A stretch of DNA of 64,000 nucleotides from IMG/VR virus record IMGVR_UViG_3300008262_003578. The stretch is one strand, 5' to 3'. The stretch is from a virus. The notes beneath the pieces are model-generated. The model was not told where the DNA came from and made no database searches. It was given only the letters and a program-made list of their open reading frames with translations. The translations under genes were made by a program, and so were the position numbers. Positions 19,904-30,359 of the stretch are shown here, piece by piece. Positions within the stretch are counted from its first letter, which is position 1. Every line of letters starts with the position of its first letter.

Positions 19904-20750
19904 CGTATTTTAAAGTTTTAATCAATTGGTCTAAACTAATCCCCTCTTTTTCGGCTAGTTTCTTTATTGATTTTAAATTCCTCTTTAAAAATTTACTTAT
20001 TGTTTGGTTTGAGTTGGAGTCTGTTTTAACTACATCACCATCTTTTTTTGATTTTTTAGTTAAAATGTCTTCAACCATCTTAACCATTTTTTGTCTTTGT
20101 ATTTCTTCAATCGGTTCTTTTTCAACTAAACGCTGTCTAATGAAGGCTCCTTTAACTTTTTTCTTTTCTAACTTAGGGTCTTTACCCATTTCCTCAGCTC
20201 TTTCCTCGCCATTATCAACACCCATATCTTCAAGAGTCTCTACAGTATCTTCAAAATCCATATCTTTAGTTTCCTCATACCCAAAAGCATCAGAATAATC
20301 AACCTCAGATACAACATTATCTTGTTCATCTTCACTCTCACCCCAATACACACGGTAACCTCTTGTAACAGGGTCATTAGTTACTCTGGACATTGCAACA
20401 GTTTGGTCCATAGTTTTTTTAGGTGTTAACTTTTGATTAAGAATTGGTGAATTAGAACCTAACATAGTACCATCAGCATCAACCAATTCCTCAATTTCTC
20501 CTTCAGAATCTAAGTCTTTGAATTTTTTTTCAATCTGTTTTGGGTTTAATTTCTTCTTTGTTTTTAAAAACTTACCAACCAAATCTTTAATACTTTTTTC
20601 ATTCTTTTTACTTAAAACTATTTTTTTGTCTTTTTTTCTTGATTCAGTTAAAGTTTCGGCCACAGAATAGAATAACGATATTTTATCATAACCTTCTTTT
20701 AAAAGGAAATAATAATTATTACTGAAATATTCTTTATTATATTCTATCAT
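19896..20750 (-). CDS. Hypothetical protein
   Basis: 284-aa ORF preceded by a TATTTAT motif on the minus strand (20767-20773). Confidence 0.7.
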   Translation of the reverse strand: MIEYNKEYFSNNYYFLLKEGYDKISLFYSVAETLTESRKKDKKIVLSKKNEKSIKDLVGKFLKTKKKLNPKQIEKKFKDLDSEGEIEELVDADGTMLGSNSPILNQKLTPKKTMDQTVAMSRVTNDPVTRGYRVYWGESEDEQDNVVSEVDYSDAFGYEETKDMDFEDTVETLEDMGVDNGEERAEEMGKDPKLEKKKVKGAFIRQRLVEKEPIEEIQRQKMVKMVEDILTKKSKKDGDVVKTDSNSNQTISKFLKRNLKSIKKLAEKEGISLDQLIKTLKYDE

Positions 20751-20766
20751 ATCACTTTTTTTTATA

Positions 20767-20793
20767 ATAAATACTTCGTTTTAGAGTATTTAT
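20767..20793. promoter_or_regulatory. Back-to-back divergent TATTTAT putative late promoters
   Basis: ATAAATA at 20767-20773 and TATTTAT at 20787-20793 between divergent genes. Confidence 0.55.
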
Positions 20794-20803
20794 CTTAAAA
20801 AAG

Positions 20804-23644
20804 ATGGCGGGTCAAAATATAAATCAATATGTTTATCCAAATTGGGGCGTAAAACTCGTTAATGAGTCATATGATATGTCGTTAACGTCTGACGAACAAG
20901 GGTACAATCAAGAGGTTGTTTTCTCACCATATTTGATTGCTCAAACATATGGTAATAAATTACCCGTTTATTTTGATATTGATAATCCTCTAACATCTCA
21001 AGGTTTAAACTTAACATATAAAAATTATAATCTTAATAATATATTTGTTTCTCAAAACTATTATGAAACTAATGATTTAGATTTAAATTGTTTTACAGGT
21101 CATTCTTCTTGTGATATTGGTTTAACAGGTATTGATAATGGTTTAGTATCTGAAATGACGGGACAAACCATAAATTTTACTAATGGGTTAATTAATGACT
21201 CATTAAAGTTTACACGACTTAATTTTGATAGGAGACTTAAACTATTTCAAACCACAGGATACACTAGTTCACCTAACATTAGATTTTCAGGTTTTGATAA
21301 AACTATATTATATGAAGTTGTAAGTAAAAACGACCCTTTTGTCGGTAAATACCACGAACTATATGGAGGGTTTTATCAAGGGTTCTATAAATTATTTGGG
21401 TATGATTATGATATTTTACCTGAAAGAATGAATAAAGGTTGGTCAGTTGAGATGATTCTAAAACCTAGATTAATTGATGAATATTTTCCTGGCCCCAATG
21501 AAACAACTTTAAACGAAATTTACCCTAATAATAAAAATACATTCTTTTATTTTGGGACTAGAGCGGAAAATAAATTTTATCATCACGCTGATGGTACCCC
21601 AAATTGTTTTACAGGGTACACAAGAGTAACAACACCTTTAACGGGATTAACTACCTGTGCTTGCTGTAATAAAACAATAACGGATAGTCGTTGTATATAT
21701 GTTTACCCTCCTAGGTCGGTAAATAATATTCACGACCCACACGTTAATTATGGTTGTAATTTATGTAATGGTAACCGAGAGAAAAAAATAACTTGTGGAT
21801 GTGACTGTAAAGATTATACTTGTGAAACGTGTGGATGGGAATGTTTTGAACATAAGTGTGACACTATAATAACACCTACCCCAACTCCATCGCCCACACC
21901 TACACCCACACCTGACAATTGTGTTATAATACCAACTTGCACACCAACATGTACTAAATGTGATACTTGCGATGATTGTAAATGCTCAACAACAGGATTT
22001 ACATCAGTTGAGAATACTTGCGAGGTGGACCCATTGTTTGATTCATTATCCAACGCAATATCGTTCAGATTATGCGGTGACCCTAAAAACCCTCAAATAG
22101 GGGTTAGAATGTTATCAATTACAGGTGATTGTCAAACAACGGGCTCTTGTGAAAACACTGGTGTTACATTCACGACAGGGTATACGATAGTTGATTATTG
22201 TACCCCACCTATATACCCAAGATGTGAACAAGAAAATCCTGCTTGGTTAGAGGAAGAACATTGGTTCCAAGTTAATATTGTGTGGGAAAGATACAATTGG
22301 TTAGATGAATGTGATTTATTATTTAGAGGTGGTTTAGATACAATAACTGAAAAACTTTATTTAGAATCATTGGCTAATAACACGGTTTCTTTGGTTAATG
22401 TACCTTATACTAAAGTTGACGGAAAAACTGCTGAACAAATTGAAATTGTTAAGTTAAATGATAGATGGATAAGTGAAAAAAATTACCGAGAAGGTAGGTT
22501 AAAAATATATATTAATGGTAAAATATTTTATACAATTGAGAATTTTGAGGAATTAATTCCCAGAGCTTTAGATACTGATAAAGAAAAACAAGTTGGGGTT
22601 CCATTTAACATCTCGTGGGGTGGGGGTACTCAAGGATTACGAGAAAACTTAACATTTTCATCAACAACGTTACCATTTGGGCCTTATATACAAGACCCTG
22701 AATGTTTTCCAATTAACGATTTAACAGGAACAACATTTAATGGTCTAAAAACTAATATATTAATAGAGCAAAATTTTGCTGGAACATTTGAAGGTGCTAT
22801 ATCTCAATTTAGAATGTACACGTCTCCGTTATCCGCCCCTGAAATTAAACACAACTTCAAAATTCTAAATCAGAAATTTGAAATGTTTAATCCTGATTGC
22901 CCTGATTGCTCAACAAAGGTATGTGAAATTAATGATTTTACTTACGTTATTACTGATACAAATGATATACTTGAAGAATCAATTGAAATACCTCATCCAT
23001 TAGGAAGAGTATATATTCCTGACGAAAGAGACAAAAATTATTTAATTGAGGATAAGTTAAAACTTAAAAACACAATATTAACAACTAAGTATTGGGACGC
23101 CGATGAATGGTGGGGCAATCAAGAAAACACCCCTCAATGTGTTGGATATGCTTGGGCTCATTGGATTGAGGACGGACCAGTTAAACATGAGGGTATATCC
23201 CCAATCATCAATCCAACCTTAATTTATAAAGAAGCTCAAAAATTAGATGAGTGGGTTGGTGAAAATTATAATGGTACATCAGTTAGAGGTGGCGCTAAGT
23301 ACTTGAAAAATACAAATAAGATTTCGTCATATTTATGGACTTATAATATTAACGTATTAATAGATACTGTTTTAACTAAAGGCCCTGTAGTTGTGGGAAC
23401 TAATTGGTATAGGTCAATGTTTTTCCCTGATAAGAATGGTTTAATGAGGGTCACTGGTAAATTAACTGGCGGACATGCTTATGTAATTAATGGGGTGGAT
23501 AAAAATAAAAAATTATTTAGAATTAAAAATAGTTGGGGGAAAAATTGGGGAAAATCAGGTCACGCATTCATATCATTTAGTGATATGGAAAAGTTAATTA
23601 AACAAAATGGTGAAGTTTGTTTAGCGATAGAGAATAAATTTTAA
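20804..23644 (+). CDS. Probable virion protein: ConA/LamG-like fold with Cys-rich and PT-rich inserts plus C-terminal papain-like (C1-type) cysteine peptidase
   Basis: FEGAISQFRMYTSPLSAPEIKHN resembles a LamG end; GNQENTPQCVGYA, GGHAYVING, KNSWG match papain Q/C/H/N residues. Confidence 0.75.
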   Translation: MAGQNINQYVYPNWGVKLVNESYDMSLTSDEQGYNQEVVFSPYLIAQTYGNKLPVYFDIDNPLTSQGLNLTYKNYNLNNIFVSQNYYETNDLDLNCFTGHSSCDIGLTGIDNGLVSEMTGQTINFTNGLINDSLKFTRLNFDRRLKLFQTTGYTSSPNIRFSGFDKTILYEVVSKNDPFVGKYHELYGGFYQGFYKLFGYDYDILPERMNKGWSVEMILKPRLIDEYFPGPNETTLNEIYPNNKNTFFYFGTRAENKFYHHADGTPNCFTGYTRVTTPLTGLTTCACCNKTITDSRCIYVYPPRSVNNIHDPHVNYGCNLCNGNREKKITCGCDCKDYTCETCGWECFEHKCDTIITPTPTPSPTPTPTPDNCVIIPTCTPTCTKCDTCDDCKCSTTGFTSVENTCEVDPLFDSLSNAISFRLCGDPKNPQIGVRMLSITGDCQTTGSCENTGVTFTTGYTIVDYCTPPIYPRCEQENPAWLEEEHWFQVNIVWERYNWLDECDLLFRGGLDTITEKLYLESLANNTVSLVNVPYTKVDGKTAEQIEIVKLNDRWISEKNYREGRLKIYINGKIFYTIENFEELIPRALDTDKEKQVGVPFNISWGGGTQGLRENLTFSSTTLPFGPYIQDPECFPINDLTGTTFNGLKTNILIEQNFAGTFEGAISQFRMYTSPLSAPEIKHNFKILNQKFEMFNPDCPDCSTKVCEINDFTYVITDTNDILEESIEIPHPLGRVYIPDERDKNYLIEDKLKLKNTILTTKYWDADEWWGNQENTPQCVGYAWAHWIEDGPVKHEGISPIINPTLIYKEAQKLDEWVGENYNGTSVRGGAKYLKNTNKISSYLWTYNINVLIDTVLTKGPVVVGTNWYRSMFFPDKNGLMRVTGKLTGGHAYVINGVDKNKKLFRIKNSWGKNWGKSGHAFISFSDMEKLIKQNGEVCLAIENKF

Positions 23645-23659
23645 TTTTAAAAATGGATA

Positions 23660-25438
23660 ATGTCATTAAAAATAACTATAAGTAGTATAAATTATGATGG
23701 TGAATTAGCAACCATATTATTTAAACCTGATAATGATATAGTTACAATTAATTTAGGTGAGGTAACATTACCCTTTGATTTTGAACCTTCTTTGTTAATT
23801 CCCCCAAGAGAGGTGTACGGTACATATACCATCTTAGTTGAAGATGCGGATTGTCCTAATATATTGAATGTGTATAGACCAACACCTACCGTTACTCCTA
23901 CACCCACAAATACTAAAACTCCTACACCTACAAATACTAAAACCCAAACATCAACACCTACATTTAATCCTTGTTTAGTAACTAAAACCCCGACAGTAAC
24001 ACCAACAAATACTAAAACCCCAACACCGACTAAAACCCCAACTAAAACAATTGACCCATGTTTATTAACTAAAACCCCAACACCTAGTATTACATCAACT
24101 AAAACCCCAACACCTAGTATTACATCAACTAAAACCCCAACACCGACTAAAACCCCAGCTAATACCTCAACCCCGACTAATACTCAAACTCAAACTAATA
24201 CCAATACTCAAACCCCAACTAATACACCTACTAATACACCAACCAACACAGAAACCCCAACTGAAACTCCGACTAATACGCCAACTAATACTCAAACGCC
24301 AACCAACACAGAAACCCCAACTCAAACACCAACTCAAACACCAACGAATACAACAACACCAACAATAACATCAACTCCAACACAAACTTCAGCACCTGAG
24401 TGCGACATTCTTTTAACTATAATACCAATAACACCGACACCTACTGTCACACAAACCCCAACTAAAACACCATCACCCCAATGTGATTTTACTTTACAGA
24501 TTAACTTTCCAGTAGAAACACCAACACCGACAGTTACTAACACACCAACAAACACTCCAACAACTCCGTCACCATTTTTATTAGATAATTACCCTAATTC
24601 AGTTGCGGCTTTTTCGGCTAGAAAATTATCATCAACATATTCAGGTCCTTGCATGAGAGTGAGAAGAAATTTTGATAATACCGAATTAGACATTGGTTTT
24701 ACCACAATAAATGGTAAAGTGGTTTTAGATTCACCAGCATTAATGGATTTTGTAACAGGTCCTTATGGTTCTTGGTCTTTTACAGGTGGTTTATATCAAG
24801 GAGTTAATGGTACTGGTTATGTTGTTGTTTGGTATGACCAATCAGGTAATGACAACCATGCTTATCAATATACCCCAAATCAACAACAAGGTGTTGTTAT
24901 AAATGGGACTAGAACGGCACTATTAGATAAAGATGGTAATTATCAAATAACCCCTTACTTACACTCTTTTTTTGAATCAATGGCAAAAGCCCCATTAAGT
25001 TTAACAACAAATATACAAATAACCGCAGCATTTACTTTAGGTCAAGTATTTTCTCAAAATAATATTAACTACATATTCTTCGGGTCTAGCGGGTCAATCG
25101 GTGGAGCTTGGTATAACGGTTCTTTCGTTGATGCTCAAGGACTTGGATTCTTTGACGGAGTATTGGCATTTAGTTTAACGGGCGAAGATTTATTATCTCA
25201 CTTAGGTTATTTTGACTTCTCAACGGGTAGAATGTTAATTTCTAAAGATGGTGCACCTTCACAAGATTTGGGGGCGTCGTTGACACCAATTAATCTTACT
25301 CATATCGCGGGTAGAACTGGGTCAAGTGCATTATATTTTAGAGGTGGGGTTAATGAATTTGTGTTCTATAATACAGACCAATCGGTAAATAAAGTAGGTA
25401 TTGAGACCAACATAAACAATTTTTATAACACATATTAA
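23660..25438 (+). CDS. Mucin-like T/P-rich protein with C-terminal ConA-like (arabinofuranosidase-B-like) domain
   Basis: Shared N-domain, about 230 aa of TPTK/TPTN repeats, AAFSARKLSSTYSGPCMRVRR. Confidence 0.7.
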   Translation: MSLKITISSINYDGELATILFKPDNDIVTINLGEVTLPFDFEPSLLIPPREVYGTYTILVEDADCPNILNVYRPTPTVTPTPTNTKTPTPTNTKTQTSTPTFNPCLVTKTPTVTPTNTKTPTPTKTPTKTIDPCLLTKTPTPSITSTKTPTPSITSTKTPTPTKTPANTSTPTNTQTQTNTNTQTPTNTPTNTPTNTETPTETPTNTPTNTQTPTNTETPTQTPTQTPTNTTTPTITSTPTQTSAPECDILLTIIPITPTPTVTQTPTKTPSPQCDFTLQINFPVETPTPTVTNTPTNTPTTPSPFLLDNYPNSVAAFSARKLSSTYSGPCMRVRRNFDNTELDIGFTTINGKVVLDSPALMDFVTGPYGSWSFTGGLYQGVNGTGYVVVWYDQSGNDNHAYQYTPNQQQGVVINGTRTALLDKDGNYQITPYLHSFFESMAKAPLSLTTNIQITAAFTLGQVFSQNNINYIFFGSSGSIGGAWYNGSFVDAQGLGFFDGVLAFSLTGEDLLSHLGYFDFSTGRMLISKDGAPSQDLGASLTPINLTHIAGRTGSSALYFRGGVNEFVFYNTDQSVNKVGIETNINNFYNTY

Positions 25439-25439
25439 T

Positions 25440-25667
25440 ATGATAGTATTAGGTTATAAATATACAACTGAAAATGAGGCTAAAGAAGCCACTAAATTAT
25501 GTGACCAATTTTATGGATACCCTAAAGAAGGTTGTTTATCTAAAAGTTGGTGTGAATACGAGTATTATGAGACGGATGATTTTTATTACATAGTTTATGG
25601 TGATACATTAAAAAATGTATTAGGTGAACCTTCAGAATTAAATATTAAAATAACTAACCCTTTATAA
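25440..25667 (+). CDS. Small hypothetical protein, possible fibre chaperone
   Basis: 75-aa ORF coupled between fibre-like genes. Confidence 0.55.
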   Translation: MIVLGYKYTTENEAKEATKLCDQFYGYPKEGCLSKSWCEYEYYETDDFYYIVYGDTLKNVLGEPSELNIKITNPL

Positions 25668-27487
25668 TGTCATTATCAATAACCATAGCAAGTATTAATT
25701 ACAACGGACAAGTTGGGGATATCACTTTTTACCCACTTACTGGTGGTACGATAAACATCGGACCACAAACAATACCGTATGTTTATTTCACAGATTACCC
25801 ATATGGGGTGTATGATATTTATGTTTCATCATATGATATAACTTGTTCAGTTTCAATAGCACCTCCAACACCAACCCCAACTAATACACCAACTGAAACT
25901 CCTACAAATACTCCTACAGAAACTCCTACAAATACTCCTACAGAAACACCAACCAACACACCTACTGAAACTCCAACTCCTACTTCTACCCCAACAAATA
26001 CTCAAACACCAACTAACTCTATAGTATCATCAGGATTGATAATGAATTGGGATATTCAAAACACAAGTTCTTATAGTGGTAGTGGGTCAATAATAACTGA
26101 CTTACAAGGTAATATAAATGGGACAATGACAGGTGTTATTTCATACACAAACGATTCTCCGAAATATCTAACTATTGATGGTGGAGTATCTGAGTATATA
26201 TACACATCAAATATTAACCCATACTTATCACCTGTAAATACAGGAACGGCTCAATCTACTTTCCTTTGGATTTACCCAACATCTAATGGTATAATTTATT
26301 CTGAACAAGGCTCTCTTTCACCTGACTTTGGTTGGTTCGATGTTCAAATTCAAAGGGATTCTAGTGATAGATTTTTATTCGGAGTTTGGCCATACACTAT
26401 CAATGGTCCTGCACCAATAACATCATCCATTACTCACTCTCTGAATAATTGGTATTATGTTGGTTGGACATATAATGGGACCACACTTACTGCGTATGTA
26501 AACGGAACAATGGTTGGAATATCAACCTATTCGAGAGACACACCATACAATTTAGGGCCTAGTTTACCGATGTATTTCAATTTCGGATACCCATCCACTA
26601 CGGATTTGACAACAACAACTTCCGCTTGTTCTTATAGATTAGGTGCGGTTCAAATTTACAACATTGGTTTATCGGGGGCTCAAGTGTTACAAAACTATAA
26701 TTATGATAGTGCTAAATATATATTACCCACACCAACACCAACAGTTACCCCAACTAACACACCAACTACAACAAAAACCTCAACACCATCGGCAACACCT
26801 AGTATCGTAACATCAAACTTACAACTACAATTATCACCAAGTAGTTATATTGGCTCAGGAACTGTTTGGGATACAACTGTTGGGACTACAGATGCGATTT
26901 TATCGGGTAGTCCAACTTATAATATATTAAGTGGGTTTACATTTAATGGAACTACTCAATATGGTAGAATACCAAGTGTTGATGGTGTAACGAACTTTAC
27001 AAATACCAGTGAGTATACTGTTGAAATTTGGTTTAACCCATCGTCGGGTCAAGCAAATACTGCTGAAGCCGAAATATTAGAGAAATGGAATCAGACTAAT
27101 CAATTGAGGTATCCATATGTTTTTAGATACGCCGAAAATACTGGTACGGTAACCGCGGCAGTTTATGATGGTACTACTTTTAGAAATATAAACTTAACAG
27201 GATTCCCAACAAATACGTGGGCACAAGTCGTGGGGGTTTTCAACTTCACAACAGATGTCTTCACACTTTATAGAAATGGTGTATCGGGAGGCACCGCCAG
27301 TTTAGTGGGTATAGGACAAGTAAGTAATACAAGTTCGGTTGGTATTTCGTGTAGACTTAAAACCGATGGGACAGGTGAGATATTTTTCAAGGGAACAGTT
27401 TCAATAGTGAGAATATATAACACTGCTTTATCGTCCTCTCAAGTGTTACAAAACTTTAATGTAGATAAAACAAAATACGGTTTATAA
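25667..27487 (+). CDS. T/P-linker protein with two LamG/ConA-like domains
   Basis: [21 protein letters not shown] and WAQVVGVFN...TLYRNG; [17 protein letters not shown]. Confidence 0.8.
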   Translation: MSLSITIASINYNGQVGDITFYPLTGGTINIGPQTIPYVYFTDYPYGVYDIYVSSYDITCSVSIAPPTPTPTNTPTETPTNTPTETPTNTPTETPTNTPTETPTPTSTPTNTQTPTNSIVSSGLIMNWDIQNTSSYSGSGSIITDLQGNINGTMTGVISYTNDSPKYLTIDGGVSEYIYTSNINPYLSPVNTGTAQSTFLWIYPTSNGIIYSEQGSLSPDFGWFDVQIQRDSSDRFLFGVWPYTINGPAPITSSITHSLNNWYYVGWTYNGTTLTAYVNGTMVGISTYSRDTPYNLGPSLPMYFNFGYPSTTDLTTTTSACSYRLGAVQIYNIGLSGAQVLQNYNYDSAKYILPTPTPTVTPTNTPTTTKTSTPSATPSIVTSNLQLQLSPSSYIGSGTVWDTTVGTTDAILSGSPTYNILSGFTFNGTTQYGRIPSVDGVTNFTNTSEYTVEIWFNPSSGQANTAEAEILEKWNQTNQLRYPYVFRYAENTGTVTAAVYDGTTFRNINLTGFPTNTWAQVVGVFNFTTDVFTLYRNGVSGGTASLVGIGQVSNTSSVGISCRLKTDGTGEIFFKGTVSIVRIYNTALSSSQVLQNFNVDKTKYGL

Positions 27488-27491
27488 TAAT

Positions 27492-28823
27492 ATGTCATTT
27501 TCAATAATCATATCAAGTGTTAATTACAACGGACAGGTTGGGGATATTACTTTTTATCCTTTAACTGGTGGGACTATAAATATAGGTCTTCAAACTATAC
27601 CGTATACTTATTTTACTGACTATCCATATGGAACATATGATATCTATTTTTCTTTTTACAATAAAACTTGTTCGTCAACAATAATTCCACCAACACCCAC
27701 ACCTACCAATACTCCTACTGAAACCCCTACCAATACTCCTACTGAAACCCCAACTAATACTCCAACAGAAACTCCGACTAATACTCCTACCAATACACCA
27801 ACTGAAACACCAACTAATACGCCCACCGAAACACCTACTAGTACACCTACTGAAACTCCGACTAGCACACCAACTGAAACGCCAACTAACACTCCTACTA
27901 ACACCCCTACAGAAACGCCGACCAATACCCCTACAGAAACTCCAACCAATACTCCTACAGAAACTCTAACACCCACTCCTACTGAAACACCAACTGAAAC
28001 GCCAACTGAAACGCCAACTAATACTCCTACCGAAACCCCTACCAATACACCAACTAATACACCAACTGAAACGCCAACTAATACTCCTACTGAAACACCA
28101 ACTGAAACGCCAACTGAAACGCCAACTAATACTCCTACCGAAACCCCTACCAATACTCCAACTAATACACCAACTGAAACGCCAACTAATACTCCTACCG
28201 AAACCCCTACCAATACTCCTACTGAAACACCAACTAATACCCCTACCAATACACCGACAGAAACCCCTACTAATACACCTACTGAAACTCCTACTAGTAC
28301 ACCAACAGAAACTCCGACAAACACGCCAACCCCGACTGAAACACCAACTAATACTCCTACTAACACTCCTACCGAAACCCCTACTAATACACCTAGCTCG
28401 TCAATAACACCTACACCAACTGAAACACCAACTGAAACCCCAACTAATACTCCTACCGAAACCCCTACTAATACACCTAGCTCGTCAATAACACCTACAC
28501 CAACTGAAACACCAACTAATACTCCTACTAACACTCCTACCGAAACCCCTACTAATACACCTAGCTCGTCAATAACACCTACACCAACTGAAACACCAAC
28601 TAATACTCCTACACCAACACCAACAGAAACACCTACTAATACACCTAGCTCGTCAATAACACCAACCCCGACTGAAACACCTACTAATACACCAACACCT
28701 AGTGTTACCCCAACAATGACAGTAACTCCAACACAAGTCGCTAGCTTATTATTATTACAAGATGGTAGTCCTATAACACTACAAGACGGTTCGGGAGGAA
28801 TTAAATTACAGTTTAGTTTATAA
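27492..28823 (+). CDS. Mucin-like protein composed almost entirely of TPTE/TPTN repeats
   Basis: About 345 aa of tetrapeptide repeats between a 65-aa shared N-domain and a short LLQDG C-tail. Confidence 0.85.
   Translation: MSFSIIISSVNYNGQVGDITFYPLTGGTINIGLQTIPYTYFTDYPYGTYDIYFSFYNKTCSSTIIPPTPTPTNTPTETPTNTPTETPTNTPTETPTNTPTNTPTETPTNTPTETPTSTPTETPTSTPTETPTNTPTNTPTETPTNTPTETPTNTPTETLTPTPTETPTETPTETPTNTPTETPTNTPTNTPTETPTNTPTETPTETPTETPTNTPTETPTNTPTNTPTETPTNTPTETPTNTPTETPTNTPTNTPTETPTNTPTETPTSTPTETPTNTPTPTETPTNTPTNTPTETPTNTPSSSITPTPTETPTETPTNTPTETPTNTPSSSITPTPTETPTNTPTNTPTETPTNTPSSSITPTPTETPTNTPTPTPTETPTNTPSSSITPTPTETPTNTPTPSVTPTMTVTPTQVASLLLLQDGSPITLQDGSGGIKLQFSL
27690..28735 (+). repeat. Coding 12-nt-period degenerate tandem repeat (TPT[NE]) with four longer [12 protein letters not shown] units
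   Basis: Synonymous third-position variation throughout; ACACCTAGCTCGTCAATAACACC occurs four times between about 28390 and 28665. Confidence 0.9.
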
Positions 28824-28870
28824 TAGTCTATACCATAAAATTATGACTACTATATTTATCTAATAGGACT

Positions 28871-30298
28871 ATGCAAATTATTGAAATCACAAGTGTTACA
28901 GGAACTTCACCTTATGATATTATTATATGTGATATAACATATACGTATTGTTATACTGCAGACACTGGAGTAGTTTCAATCCCCCCAACATTGTATGTTA
29001 ATTTACCAATAGAATTGTATGGTTCCCAAAGTGTAATTGTGAAAATAGTTGATTCGTTAGGATGTGAAGAAATCCAATTTGTGGAATGTCCGCCGACACC
29101 AACTCCAACCCCAACACTGACTATAACACCAACAATAACACCAACAAATGCTAATTGTGTTTGTTTAACGTTTACAAACCCAACCTTGAGTACATTAGGG
29201 TTTAGTTATACTAATTGTGATAATGGAGTGGTTAGTTTTACAATTAACCCTTTAACTATCATATATGTATGTGGTTCAAACCCTGTTTATGACTCAGGAG
29301 TTGAGGTAACTATTGGGTCTTATTGTGTTGGGAACGTATGTCCACAACCAACACCAACACCGACCGCAACTCAAACACCAACACCGACTATACCAGGTAT
29401 AATCGGTTCATTTGTTAGCTGTTGCGACTCAAATATAGAATTTAAAGTTAGTAATATACCATATTATCATTATCCATTATCGGGAGTTTATTATATTGTT
29501 AGTTCAGGGTTTCAAGGATGCGCAACATATATACCAACAACGACATCAACAAATATATACGTATGTTCATTAATAGGTTCCCAACCCGATTGTTATTTTT
29601 GTGATATATCTCACCCTGATGTTTTATGTCCTACATCTACACCAACACCTACTAACACCCCAACTGTAACGTCAACACCAACACCTACACCAACTAATAG
29701 TGTTATTTTTGTTAAAAGAGTCGCATTAGATTGTTGTACTATGGAGGGTAAAGTCATCAGCGTACCTTCATATTTAACGTCAGGTGATATTGTAAAAGCA
29801 ACTAATGGTAATTGTTATACTTTATTAGTAACAACACCAGCAAGTGCTAATATAATTTGGGATGGAACAAGCTACGGTGATTGTGAATCTTGTATTACTT
29901 GCCCAACACCAACACCAACACCAACCGAGACGCCAACTAATACCCCAACACCTACTAATACGCCGACTAACACTGTTACATCAACACCATTATTAGTGGT
30001 TTGTTTCCAGTATACTTACTCAACATTTTTAGGTGATTCTGACACAATTTATCAAACAGGATACTATAACTCTAAACCTTACTACACTTTAACTTATGGT
30101 TTTGTTTGGTTTGATATTGGCACATCTTTATGGATTTGGTCAACTTTATTAGGTGGTGGTATTACTTTAGATACATTAAATAATGGGGGATTATTCTACC
30201 CGTATTGTTGTTCATTCTCCCCGTCATATCCTAATTGGGATAACATTAATTCACCTTCTGATTTTATGTCAGTTTCAAGTGTAGGGGGATGTGCTTAA
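28871..30298 (+). CDS. Cys-rich modular protein with PT linkers, probable virion decoration/fibre protein
   Basis: Small CC/CxxC modules separated by TPTPTP linkers; TATTTAT upstream. Confidence 0.65.
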   Translation: MQIIEITSVTGTSPYDIIICDITYTYCYTADTGVVSIPPTLYVNLPIELYGSQSVIVKIVDSLGCEEIQFVECPPTPTPTPTLTITPTITPTNANCVCLTFTNPTLSTLGFSYTNCDNGVVSFTINPLTIIYVCGSNPVYDSGVEVTIGSYCVGNVCPQPTPTPTATQTPTPTIPGIIGSFVSCCDSNIEFKVSNIPYYHYPLSGVYYIVSSGFQGCATYIPTTTSTNIYVCSLIGSQPDCYFCDISHPDVLCPTSTPTPTNTPTVTSTPTPTPTNSVIFVKRVALDCCTMEGKVISVPSYLTSGDIVKATNGNCYTLLVTTPASANIIWDGTSYGDCESCITCPTPTPTPTETPTNTPTPTNTPTNTVTSTPLLVVCFQYTYSTFLGDSDTIYQTGYYNSKPYYTLTYGFVWFDIGTSLWIWSTLLGGGITLDTLNNGGLFYPYCCSFSPSYPNWDNINSPSDFMSVSSVGGCA

Positions 30299-30359
30299 AT
30301 AAGTGAAATTATATTTATTTTTTAATTTGTAAGGTTATTTTTTTCATAAAAAGTTAACT

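Noticed and set aside
19870-20298. 142-aa plus-strand ORF and other short opposite-strand ORFs (for example 8277-8687, 39802-40194, 59943-60305)
   Set aside because: They lie antisense to well-supported genes and have no recognisable motifs
27656-28534. 292-aa antisense ORF (VGVSVGVL repeats) and similar ones at 24334-24555, 21814-22053 and 36980-37174
   Set aside because: Shadow frames of Thr/Pro codon repeats (ACN/CCN reverse to GGT/GTN without stops); no independent coding signal
27690-28735. Possible CRISPR array or non-coding satellite
   Set aside because: Repeats are in-frame coding units with synonymous variation and no unique spacers
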